This document shows positions 26,161-36,100 of a stretch of DNA of 54,535 nucleotides, piece by piece. Origin of the DNA: a virus (lineage: Duplodnaviria > Caudoviricetes); IMG/VR virus record IMGVR_UViG_3300043430_000111, positions 1 to 54,535 of that record, one strand, 5' to 3'. The notes under the pieces were generated by a model. It saw only the letters and a program-made list of their open reading frames with translations. It was not told where the DNA came from and did no database searches. Position numbers and translations under genes: made by a program. The first letter of the stretch is position 1. Every line of letters starts with the position of its first letter.

Positions 26161-27965
26161 GGCATCAGCTCCGGTGTCAGGTTGTCCGCCACCACGCCGC
26201 GATACATGCCGGTGTGGTCGTATGCGAGCACTGTGTAGGTGCGATCCACGGCGATCTCCTTGAACTCGTAGGCGCCCGTGACTGGATCGCTCCATGTTTC
26301 ACGCATGACACGGCTACCCGGCATGGACAGCAGCACCACGCGACGCTTGAGCGGCGTGTTCGCGGGGGTGTTCTTTTCCTTGACCGTGCCCGTGATGCGG
26401 CCCCGGCCACCATCGTAGATGTCGAGCGGGGAAGGTAGTGATGCGGTGACGGGCTGCGTGGAGCCGATGACATCCTCACCGATCAGCGTTGGCTGCGCTT
26501 GTGCGCCACTGCGAAGTGGGGTGGGGTCATAGTTGGCCGGAAGGACACCCGCTCCTGCAACGGAGAATGGCGTCCACGCAACGGTGTACCCCGTGGATGT
26601 TGGGAGGGTCGCGGGGTTCGGCAGCTTGGTGAACGTGTCCCCACTGCGCTCGTACACGGACACGAACGGGGTCGTGCCCTCCGCGACGGCGAGGTGGTTT
26701 CCATCTGGGCTGAACGCCGCCCTGTAGGCGCCACCTGGAGCGTCGAGGTCAGCCAGCAACGCGAATGCACCTCCACTGAGCTTGTAAACGCGCAGACCTC
26801 CAGTTGTGCCGACAGCTAAGTAGGTGCCGTCCACGTCAAAAGCGACATCTAAAGCAATCGAAGAAGGTGGCGATGCAGGATTCGGCAGTTTGGTAAACGT
26901 ATCCCCACTGCGCTCGTAAATTGTCAGGTAGGGCGAAGTCGAATGTGCGCACGCAAGGTATAACCCGTCTGGACTGAACGCAACACCTTGACCCGCACCC
27001 GGAGGCAGCGATGCAGGATTCGGCAGTTTGGTAAACGTATCCCCGCTGCGCTTGTAAATTGTCAGGTAGGGCGAATAGCCGCCTGCGAGAGCAAGATAGG
27101 CCCCATCGGCACTGAACGCAACTTGTTCTGAGTAGGGGGCAGGCTGTTCGCTTCCGTTCGTGAGAAAGGTGTAGGTGCCGCCAGTCTTCTTGAAAACACT
27201 TAGGTATGGAGTGTAGTTGCGAGCAACCGCGAGAAAAACCCCATCGGTGCTAAACGCTACATTCTTTGCATCGCTTAATGCCGAGAGATCAGGGGCACTT
27301 GCACGAAAGAGCTTGTTGCCACTGATGGCGTAGAGGAGCACCTTGCCACCGCCGCTGTAGTCGGCTTCCGAAGCTGCAAGAAAAGCACCATCACTGGAGA
27401 TGTCAACTGAATTCAACCGCCAAGTGGGTTTGGATTCCACAGGCGGTGCCGCACCTAGCGCAGACCCGTCGAAACCGTAGGTGGTCAGGAAGTCGCCCGC
27501 AGCGTGCCCCACAGCCAATCCTCGCCAATTATCACTGGCCATTGCAGCGTCGAGCGTAAAGAACGCCGACGTACCAGGGTACTTCGATGCCACCGGGGTG
27601 CGATACCGCGTCTCCCAGGCCGCGCCGTCGCTGCTGTATTCCAGAGCGAACTTGTGCGCGAATGCGACCTGCCCTGGCCCCGCAACTCCCACGCTCGTCA
27701 CGTCCTTGGTGACGCCTGCGCCGAAGTCCCACACGACAGCGAACCCAGGCAGGCGCACAGCGTCACCGTCCCACCGAGCCGAAGTGCTGAAGCTGGCGTC
27801 GCCAAGGTCGGTCAGCGACCCGCTGACTGGCGCCACGACAGCCGACACCGTAGCGGCCCCATCCACGCGGGTCGCCCCCTCGTAGAGCGCCACCTCTGAC
27901 AGCTCAAGGTCGCCGCCTGCGAAGGTTTCGATTCTGGCGATGCGCCAGTAGCGTGCTGCTGGCAT
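26157..27965 (-). CDS. Tail protein with WD40-like beta-propeller (putative receptor-binding)
   Basis: Repeats VAFS.DG.YLA and PYLTIY.RSGDTFTKLPNP. Confidence 0.8.
   Translation of the reverse strand: MPAARYWRIARIETFAGGDLELSEVALYEGATRVDGAATVSAVVAPVSGSLTDLGDASFSTSARWDGDAVRLPGFAVVWDFGAGVTKDVTSVGVAGPGQVAFAHKFALEYSSDGAAWETRYRTPVASKYPGTSAFFTLDAAMASDNWRGLAVGHAAGDFLTTYGFDGSALGAAPPVESKPTWRLNSVDISSDGAFLAASEADYSGGGKVLLYAISGNKLFRASAPDLSALSDAKNVAFSTDGVFLAVARNYTPYLSVFKKTGGTYTFLTNGSEQPAPYSEQVAFSADGAYLALAGGYSPYLTIYKRSGDTFTKLPNPASLPPGAGQGVAFSPDGLYLACAHSTSPYLTIYERSGDTFTKLPNPASPPSSIALDVAFDVDGTYLAVGTTGGLRVYKLSGGAFALLADLDAPGGAYRAAFSPDGNHLAVAEGTTPFVSVYERSGDTFTKLPNPATLPTSTGYTVAWTPFSVAGAGVLPANYDPTPLRSGAQAQPTLIGEDVIGSTQPVTASLPSPLDIYDGGRGRITGTVKEKNTPANTPLKRRVVLLSMPGSRVMRETWSDPVTGAYEFKEIAVDRTYTVLAYDHTGMYRGVVADNLTPELMP
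26870..27075. repeat. 68-bp direct repeat (2 mismatches)
   Basis: 26870-26937 versus 27008-27075. Confidence 0.85.
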
Positions 27966-27968
27966 GGA

Positions 27969-29135
27969 TCAACCCCACGGGCCGGTAATGTCGAAGAACA
28001 CGACCGCCGCAGACGCCGTGCCGCCAGGATCTCCGCATTTTACAGCCATCAGCTTTCGGCCTGCCATACCGCCCATACCATCAATCTTGTTGCGCCAAGC
28101 AAAGGCTGAGTGGCAGTTCTGTGGCGTTACATACAGGCCCCGCGAGACGCCGCGCAGGGTAGCCCCCCGCTCAACAATCAGTTTCCTGCTGAGAATAAGA
28201 CCGTTGTCCGCGCCGTTCGGGTATTTGGGTGTGATTTCACTACCACCAGCCCCTGACAATACATTTCTTGTAAAATACGCCTCCCCCGCATGGTCGGCAA
28301 ATACTGCGCCGCCAATACCTGTGTACGACCGGGCAACGTATGGCCCTGCTACATTTTCCAGAGCAACAAACTCCGCAGATAAGTTCGAGGGTCCGTAGCC
28401 GCCAGTGATATCAGACAATGCACACGTAAGTTCACATGCGAAGGGGTCCGAAGACTTAAACGAGTCGAAGTCCCCAAACCCCCAAATCGCACCGGAACTA
28501 CCGGGGTTATACGGACTTGCGTGCGTGTGAAGCCAGATCCGTGTGCTGTCGGCCACGACTGTCCAAGCTCTGGCATTGGTAGGCAATGAACTGCTCGCCT
28601 TGGGCCACCACCCAGGATCACCAGAAGGGAACGGCCCAGTACCTGTATCCAGGTCTGACATCGACTCATATCCCTTCACTCGACCGTTGTACACATTTGT
28701 GTCGTCTACGCGCAAGAACATGCGCGTGCCGGTCACATCGGTGGATCGGTACGCGGCCAAGTTCGTTCCTGAGAACGGCTTGGCCCACCCAGCGGGGGCG
28801 ATCTTGAACGTGATCGTGCCCGTCGCGGTGCCGTCAGCGATGTCGGTGGCGTCGAACGTGATCGTGTTGGTGCTGGTAGTCAGCACGCGCTTTTCGCCGT
28901 TCAGGCCGGAAGGCGTTGCGCCTGTAACCAGCGCAATCACGTCAGGCTCGAAGCTGTGCCCGGCGCTGAAGTTGGCCGTGCCGACGCCGCCCGACACGGT
29001 AACGCTGTCAGCGGATTTCAGCCCGAAACCGTCAACCAAGCACGCATCGAGAACCGCGATCAGCGACCCGGCTGTGCCGTTCAGGGTGGGCGCGCCACTC
29101 ATGGCGCTGTGAAAGTGTTTTACGGTTGTGCTCAT
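27969..29135 (-). CDS. Tail structural protein
   Basis: GAPTL.G..GSLI.VLDACLV.G N-terminus common in siphophage tail proteins. Confidence 0.8.
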   Translation of the reverse strand: MSTTVKHFHSAMSGAPTLNGTAGSLIAVLDACLVDGFGLKSADSVTVSGGVGTANFSAGHSFEPDVIALVTGATPSGLNGEKRVLTTSTNTITFDATDIADGTATGTITFKIAPAGWAKPFSGTNLAAYRSTDVTGTRMFLRVDDTNVYNGRVKGYESMSDLDTGTGPFPSGDPGWWPKASSSLPTNARAWTVVADSTRIWLHTHASPYNPGSSGAIWGFGDFDSFKSSDPFACELTCALSDITGGYGPSNLSAEFVALENVAGPYVARSYTGIGGAVFADHAGEAYFTRNVLSGAGGSEITPKYPNGADNGLILSRKLIVERGATLRGVSRGLYVTPQNCHSAFAWRNKIDGMGGMAGRKLMAVKCGDPGGTASAAVVFFDITGPWG

Positions 29136-32100
29136 GGTGTGTCCACGTCTCCGCGAATCAAGATGGTGAATGAGTCATCAGGCACGGTTTCCGGCCCTTG
29201 CTGAACGGTGCGGACGACCCACACCGGGAACTCAGCACCGATGGTGTTGAACCGCAGCAGATTGCCGGTGCTCCACCCCAGACCCCAGCCCAGGGCAGGG
29301 ATCGAGAAGTAGGGTGCGCCCGTGTTCGGGTTGAGCGGCGCGCAGTCGGCACTGGTGTTACCCGACGCGATCACACCCACGTTCTCACCGATGACATTGA
29401 ACGATGTGCTGTTGGTGAACTGCACGGCCCATCGCTCTGTCAGCGCACCACGGTTGGTCACCGCGATGGGGTGGGCAACAGCGTTGAAAGTGCCGGTGGC
29501 CGAAGACCCAACGACCGAATCTGTCCACGAGCCGTTCCAGGTGGCTTGATCAAACACCACGCTGGTACGGGCGAAGCGGTCACCGGCCACCAGTGCGCTC
29601 GACACATAGCTGCCCAGCGGGTAGGTGTGGGTCAGAGCGCGGGTGAAGGTGATCTGGCCGGTGATCTGCGCCTCGCGCACCATTGCCATGTCTTCAATTC
29701 GATGCTCAATGGTGACGGGCTGGCTGTACCCTGCCACGTTCGTGAACGTCACCGTGCCCGCTTCCAGGTCGGTGGTGTAGCCGCTGTTGATCACCAAGCC
29801 GTCGGCACCGATCACGCGCACGCGGCTCAGTCGCACCCGAGCGCAGTCGATGGTCTGAGCGTTGCTCACCGTAGCGGTGAGGGACGCCGTGTGCCCCACC
29901 ACGGCAAACTCACCGCTACGGAAAATCGGCACGCGACCGTCCTGTGGCAAGCGCACCGGGTCCAGACCCAGAATGTCCGCATCCAATGGCAGGTAGGTGT
30001 ACGCCGTGGCGTTGTAGCGCAGCGTGTCAGCCAGCGCACCCGCTGCGCCGAACTCGACCTCAACCACGCCGGTCTCGTAGTTGACCGTGCCGGTGACCGT
30101 GGTCGGGTTGGACCAGGAACCCGGAATGCTCAAGGGAAGACCGCTCGGCACCCACTGAGAGTTCACCACGGTGGCATTGATCACCCCCGCAGAGTCTGCC
30201 GTGATGTTGAACGTCTGCCCGCTTTGCATCGTCCCGACCAGCGAAAACGAACCATTGCGGATGGGAGCCACGGCTGTGCGAAACACGATCCGGCTGGTCG
30301 TCTGCGTCACCCCTCCAAGCGGTTGCGTGATCAGGCCCGCGCTGTAAGTGAATGACGGTGCGATCCCAGCCGTCCACTCGGACAGCCTGACGTTGCCGAT
30401 CAGGGAATAGTTGATGTCGTAGGTCCAGTAGGAGGCGATGTACCCCACAACCGTACCGATACCGGTTCCCGGCAAAGGGTCACGCTGGATGTTGTCGCCT
30501 GATGTCACATAGACGCTGCCACCCATCTGGAAGCGACGCCACACACCCTGAGCAAAGATCATCTCAGGCGTGAAAGTCGTCACCTCTGGACCGCCGTCAG
30601 CAGCACCGTACTGAGCCTTCGCCGCAACCGAGAGCTGCCCCGTCCACCATGCCCACGGCGGCGCATTCAAGGCGTCTGCCGGGCCGTTGAGGATGGTCAG
30701 AGTCAGCGTGCGAGTCTCGTCCGACCGCTGAGTCCAGATAGCAGGCTGACCATCATCAATCGGGTTGTAAGCGGTCCAAGTGCGCTGCACGTCCTTGAAG
30801 CCCGCCACCGACTTGACCAGTGTGCAAGCACCCGTGACATAGTTGATCGTGCCGACGACAAGGTTGCCCGTGATGTTGGCAATAACGAGGTTGCCCGTGC
30901 TGTCATCGAACACCCGCAGCACCCGAGGCGTCACGCTGTCGATGTCGGGGAAGTTGCGCACCACATGCTGACCTACGACGGCGAACTCGACGGCCCCGCT
31001 CTGCGCGTAGCCGCCCAGCGAGAACGACCAGTTCGCCCCCGAGTCCGTGAACGTGTTGACATCAACCTGGGTCAGCACCGTGTCCGTGATGGAGACCGTG
31101 ATCTCCGTGCCTTTGGGCGGCAGCGTCGTAGGCGACAGCCGGATCACGCCACCCTGGTAGTTGACATTGCCAACCCCGTACCCGCCGAGCACGCCCAGGC
31201 TGTTGTCCGTGACGGTGCGCTCAGTGCCATCGTTCCAGGTGATCGACAGAGACCCCGGCTTGATCGGGCGCGGCAATGGCCCGTCGCGCAAGGCCAGCGT
31301 GAAGTAGAAGCGGTCCTTGAGCGGGTCCGTCGATCCTGCAATGACTGTGCTGATGGGAGTCGATGACTCCTTCGGCGCCCACCCCAAGATGATCTTGGTG
31401 CCCACATCAGGCAACGCGCCGAGCGTCACCGTCATCGTGCCGCTCCCATAGTTCAGAGTGCCCACGCCGATGCCGGTCGCAGCACCGCTGATCTGGCCGG
31501 TGCCGTTTTCCTTGAGCACGTACCAGCGCCCGCCAGAGCGGTAACTGATGTCCAGGCTACCCGGCGCCGGTGGCGGGTTGAGGGTCACCACGTAGCTCAG
31601 TCGCTGCGTCTCTTGCTCAACCGGGATGCCGAAAGACTTGCTGATGACAGTGGGCGCCTCGGCAGGCGTGAAGGTGACCGTGAACGTCCCGGCACCAGTG
31701 CCCCACACGTTCGTGGTCAGCGACATGACACCGTTGGCATAGTCGCATGTTCCCACCTCGCCCAGGTCAGCGGCATTGATCAGCGCACCGCCCTTGTCAG
31801 TCAGCGTGATCCCGTCGCGCACGACAGAAAGTGACCCCGGCAGGAAGCCCCCGCCGATGAACATGCTCGATGCCGTCGTGAACGCATGGCTGAGTGTCTG
31901 CACCACCGGGCCACCCGAAGCGGTCAGCGCACCCATCTGCTGATTCGTGCGGGCGTCTGCGATGGGCGTCTCCACCTGGGCGCTCGGCACGAGCTGCGTG
32001 TACACACCCGAGGCGTTGATGGTGAAGTCGCCCAGCCCTGCGGCCTCGGTCAGCGGCACAACTCCGAAGTACCTCGCGGCATCGGCCACCACGGTCTCAA

Positions 32101-32767
32101 AGACGCGCGTGCGGTTCGTGTAGCTGATGTTGCTATCGACGAAGTAGGCTTGGTCGTGCCCCGGAAAATCGAAACGCAGGGCGTCGCTGATGTCCACCGT
32201 GATCTGGTTGCGCTTGAACTCGACGGTCTCGGAATGCGTGAACGTGCGCACGGTGGCCGACACCGCTGTCAGGCGCACGTACTGCTCACGCATCGCCCCG
32301 CCCACCGTTGCGCGCAGCACCAGCGTCGTGCCAACCGTCGGCAGGGGCTGAGACTCGCGCCCCAAAAGCGTGATCGTGCGCTGACCGGTGAGGTGGTCAC
32401 CGTACAGGTACTGCTGCATCGGCGGGCCGACTGTCAGGAACGACTCGATGCGCGTGCGTGCGTCGTCTCGGTCATCAAAGGTGCTCTCGGTGCTGAACAG
32501 CGTCACCGACACGCGAGGGTCGGAGGGTGGCTCGGCCACGATGACGTTCGTGCCCATGTAGGTGTCTACGTCGTCGGTGTCCACCTTGGCGAAGACCTTG
32601 CGCAGATTCACGCGGCCACCAGCCCGGTCTAGCTCGGAAACGTCGGGGAAGATGGCGTTGCTCACCCCGTCTGCGATGACGGTGCCGGTGGGGGCGCCGC
32701 CTCCTTCCGGCACGTCGGCCATGACGGCGGATTTCAAGAGTTTCACATCGCCGGATTGGATTGGCAT
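29132..32767 (-). CDS. Large tail tip / virion structural protein
   Basis: 1211 aa, beta-rich, downstream of the tape measure gene. Confidence 0.8.
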   Translation of the reverse strand: MPIQSGDVKLLKSAVMADVPEGGGAPTGTVIADGVSNAIFPDVSELDRAGGRVNLRKVFAKVDTDDVDTYMGTNVIVAEPPSDPRVSVTLFSTESTFDDRDDARTRIESFLTVGPPMQQYLYGDHLTGQRTITLLGRESQPLPTVGTTLVLRATVGGAMREQYVRLTAVSATVRTFTHSETVEFKRNQITVDISDALRFDFPGHDQAYFVDSNISYTNRTRVFETVVADAARYFGVVPLTEAAGLGDFTINASGVYTQLVPSAQVETPIADARTNQQMGALTASGGPVVQTLSHAFTTASSMFIGGGFLPGSLSVVRDGITLTDKGGALINAADLGEVGTCDYANGVMSLTTNVWGTGAGTFTVTFTPAEAPTVISKSFGIPVEQETQRLSYVVTLNPPPAPGSLDISYRSGGRWYVLKENGTGQISGAATGIGVGTLNYGSGTMTVTLGALPDVGTKIILGWAPKESSTPISTVIAGSTDPLKDRFYFTLALRDGPLPRPIKPGSLSITWNDGTERTVTDNSLGVLGGYGVGNVNYQGGVIRLSPTTLPPKGTEITVSITDTVLTQVDVNTFTDSGANWSFSLGGYAQSGAVEFAVVGQHVVRNFPDIDSVTPRVLRVFDDSTGNLVIANITGNLVVGTINYVTGACTLVKSVAGFKDVQRTWTAYNPIDDGQPAIWTQRSDETRTLTLTILNGPADALNAPPWAWWTGQLSVAAKAQYGAADGGPEVTTFTPEMIFAQGVWRRFQMGGSVYVTSGDNIQRDPLPGTGIGTVVGYIASYWTYDINYSLIGNVRLSEWTAGIAPSFTYSAGLITQPLGGVTQTTSRIVFRTAVAPIRNGSFSLVGTMQSGQTFNITADSAGVINATVVNSQWVPSGLPLSIPGSWSNPTTVTGTVNYETGVVEVEFGAAGALADTLRYNATAYTYLPLDADILGLDPVRLPQDGRVPIFRSGEFAVVGHTASLTATVSNAQTIDCARVRLSRVRVIGADGLVINSGYTTDLEAGTVTFTNVAGYSQPVTIEHRIEDMAMVREAQITGQITFTRALTHTYPLGSYVSSALVAGDRFARTSVVFDQATWNGSWTDSVVGSSATGTFNAVAHPIAVTNRGALTERWAVQFTNSTSFNVIGENVGVIASGNTSADCAPLNPNTGAPYFSIPALGWGLGWSTGNLLRFNTIGAEFPVWVVRTVQQGPETVPDDSFTILIRGDVDTP

Positions 32768-32769
32768 CG

Positions 32770-33168
32770 TCAGACTTCCATGAGTCGAATGGTGCAGCGG
32801 TAGTAGTCCCCTGCTTCCACATCAGAAAAATGCACGACAGGCTCGGCGTCGATGGCGTTGCCGTCGTGATGCCGGAAGATCACAGTCCGGGGTGTCGAAC
32901 GCAGTGTAAGCACCAACTCTTTGGCGGGAACTGCGGCCCAATTTCGCAACTGCTCAACAGTGCTGCGTGGGTGCCACGCGCTCTTGTCGTCTTGCGGCTG
33001 GAGGGTGATCGGCCTGCCGCCGATACGCGCAGCCACGTTAACGATGAGGGCGCCGGTGATCGTGCGCTCGACCGTCTGCTCGACCGGGTGCCACGAGTTC
33101 TCGTCTTCCCAATACAAGTCCGGGTGCAGTGTGACGGTGGTAGTGCCGTCGCTCAGTGTGATGCTCAT
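32770..33168 (-). CDS. Distal tail-like protein
   Basis: Follows the tape measure gene; coupled ORF. Confidence 0.7.
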   Translation of the reverse strand: MSITLSDGTTTVTLHPDLYWEDENSWHPVEQTVERTITGALIVNVAARIGGRPITLQPQDDKSAWHPRSTVEQLRNWAAVPAKELVLTLRSTPRTVIFRHHDGNAIDAEPVVHFSDVEAGDYYRCTIRLMEV

Positions 33169-36100
33169 GATGCGGTCCCTGCTGCTGACTCAAGCTGCTT
33201 GAAGATGTCGGCCAACTTGTCTGCGTCGGCCTGGGATGCGGTGTTGACGCTAGACGACTTGCTGCCGAACTTGACGACGACTGTGGTGGAGCGCCCGACG
33301 CCGGAGACTTTGCTGCCTCCGGTTGAGCCTCCCGTGGCGTCCATAGCCGCCATCGCAGCGGCGACCATTGCGCGAGTGTCTTGCTGCGCCTGAAGCGAGA
33401 AGGCCGCGGGGTTCAACTTCATCGTCCCCTCCATCCAGTTCTGTGCGGCCAGAGCCTGCTTGTATGCGGCCTGCGCCTGCTCCTTTGTCACGTCACTCAG
33501 CTTCCCTGTGTTGACCGCCTCCAGCACCGCAAACGCTTGGTCAACCGGCAAGTTGTTGTTGAACGTGCCCGCTGCCGACCCGTCTTTGTTGGCGATGAAG
33601 CCATCGCTGGTGTATCCGTATGGCGCGGGGTCTGTTCCACCCCCACCACCTTGCAATTGCCGCCGCCGTCGCATTGCGTCCGTTTCCTTGTCGATGGCCC
33701 CGGCGTTACGCTCTCGGTCGTCTGCCTCCTGGCCTAGTGACCGGCCGAGAGAGTCCGAACTATTTCGGTTTGCGTCTTTCAGCGATGTGCTGTTTTGCAG
33801 CGCCCGAATCTCAGACTCCAATGCCCCGACCGCTTGACCGCGAGCCTTCGCTTCGATGATCTTGGCCTCGGCCAACTTGATGCTGGTCTCCAACTCGATC
33901 TGAGCGGCCTTGTTCAGCGGCTCTGTGCGGCGCAGTTCTTCCAACTTGGCCTTGGCAACCTCAATGATCGACTGCTGTTCGATCATCTGCGCCTGTACCG
34001 TGGCTTTGATGATGGCGATTTCAACGCGCTTTTGCTCGATCTTTGCGTAGCGAACCGCGTTCTCGTCACCCATAGCTTGAGCGGTACGCAACATCGCCTC
34101 GACCTCTGCTTTACGAGCGCCGAGGCTTGCGGTCGCAAGGGTGATGTCGGCCTGCTGAGATTTTGCAGAAACCTCTTGCAGCTTGATCTTGTCCTTGAGC
34201 GCATCGTTGTACAGCGCGACCGCAGCGGCCGCATCCTTCTCTGCCGCAACCCATTCACCTTGCGTGGCGCGACCATTTCGATAGGCTTCGGCCACCTGAG
34301 CGGCGGCTTCTGAAGTAGCGAGCATCGTCTGCCGGTATTGCTCCAGGGACGCCGAGTTGTCTCGGTTCATCTGCTGGTTCAAACGCGCCTGCTCCAGTTG
34401 CAGTTGCGCCGCCATCGCGGCGTTGCGAGACGATGCCGCCTCCGCATCCAACTTCTCAACCTTCTGCTGGATGGCTTGAATCTCAACCTCGCGCCCCTTG
34501 GTGGACCCGTCCTGTGCGATGGCAAGTTTGACCATCTCGGCCAACTGAACGCGCATCACCGCGGCTTCGTTTTCACGCGCGGTTGCGACACGCCCGAGCG
34601 CGCCAGCCTTCATGTCAGATGCGGTCACTGCGGCTTGCAGCGACGCGGTTTCCTGACCGCGCAAACCAGCGAGGCGTTCGATAGCTTGCGACTCCAACTC
34701 GACCGCCTTCGCCTGCTTCTCGGCCACCGTCACGGCTTGCGTTTGCTGGGCTGCGAGTTCCGTCAACCTCCCGGTGAGTGCGACCCAGGAGCCCGTTGAC
34801 GCATCCGCCGATCCTTTGGTGATGCGCTGTGCTTCTGCGAGTGCGAGCGCCCCAGCCTCGGTGGTTCTCGCGGTCTCTCCGTTCTTTGCAATCTCGTCCG
34901 TGTTGAACTTGATGGCGTCTTTTGTTGAATTTGCCGCCGACCCCAGACGACCTTGCGCATTGGCGGCTCGCATCATCGCTGCCGCACCTTCTTCGGTGGG
35001 GTTTACCATCTGCGACATCGCATCGGATACGGCTGCGATTCGCTCCCCGCTCTTTCGAGCTTCCTCGTTGAAGAACCCCCAGGCTTCCTTGAAGTCGCCT
35101 TTGAGCGCTGCGTTCAAGGCCACCAAACCCTTGACCATCAGTTGAATACCCTCGTATGCAGCTACGAGAGTTTGGGCGACCGCCCCAACAATAAATCCGA
35201 AAACCTTAAGAGTCCCGGAGAGTAATGCGAGTGCTCCGTTAGCCTCAGCGGTCTGCGCCGAAACCGTCAGTACGTTCTTGAACCGCTCCCAGGTCTGACG
35301 AACGCCGTCCGTCTCACCTTGTAGCGTCTGCAACCCCTTGGTGAACGCAGGGAAGAAGTCGCGCGCAGCGAGTTGCCCAGACTCCACCAACTTGATAAGT
35401 TGTGCGTCTGTCACACCAAGACCCTGGGCAGTCAAACTCAGCGCGCCTGGAACTGCATCGCCCAACTGCTGCCGCAGTTCTTCCATTGAGACGGTATTGT
35501 GGTGCTCAAAACCTTGCGCATCCAGATACAGGTGGTCTCCGGAAATCAGGAACCCGTAAAAGTCACCTTCGTTTTCGTATGCAACAGAAAACGCAACTTC
35601 ACCAAGATTTGCGTGTCGCAACGAATACTCGGCCTGCGCATGTTGGCTCAACCGCAGGTACTCAGCAACTGTCAATGTCTCGGCCGCGCCCGCGCGGTTC
35701 ACCCGCATCTTGTGTTCTTCGTTCACAACGAAGGATTCACCAACCTGCGGGGCGATGCGGTACATCGCAGACTTACCGTGCGCCAGCATCAGAACTACGC
35801 GCGCTGACCCATCGGGACCGAACAGCGACTCTCCCACACGCACCTGTTCGACCGTCTTGGTCGATCCGTCAGCCATGCGGATTAGAGTGCCGGGGGCGTG
35901 ACAGCCCTTGCTGGCAATCTGCCCCAGAGCATTGAGCGCAAGGCTCGTCTTGTCGGCGCCGAGGCCCAGCGACGACGACGCGCGTGTCAGAGCGGTGAAC
36001 AGCGCATTCGTGTCACCGAGCGGGATGTTCGACGCCTTCGTGGCCGCGGAGAACCGAACGAAGTCGGTTACCAGCCCAGAAATGGAGACGCCGGCCCCGA

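Noticed and set aside
26870-27075. Diversity-generating retroelement template/variable repeat pair
   Set aside because: No reverse transcriptase is present; both copies are in-frame propeller blades of one gene
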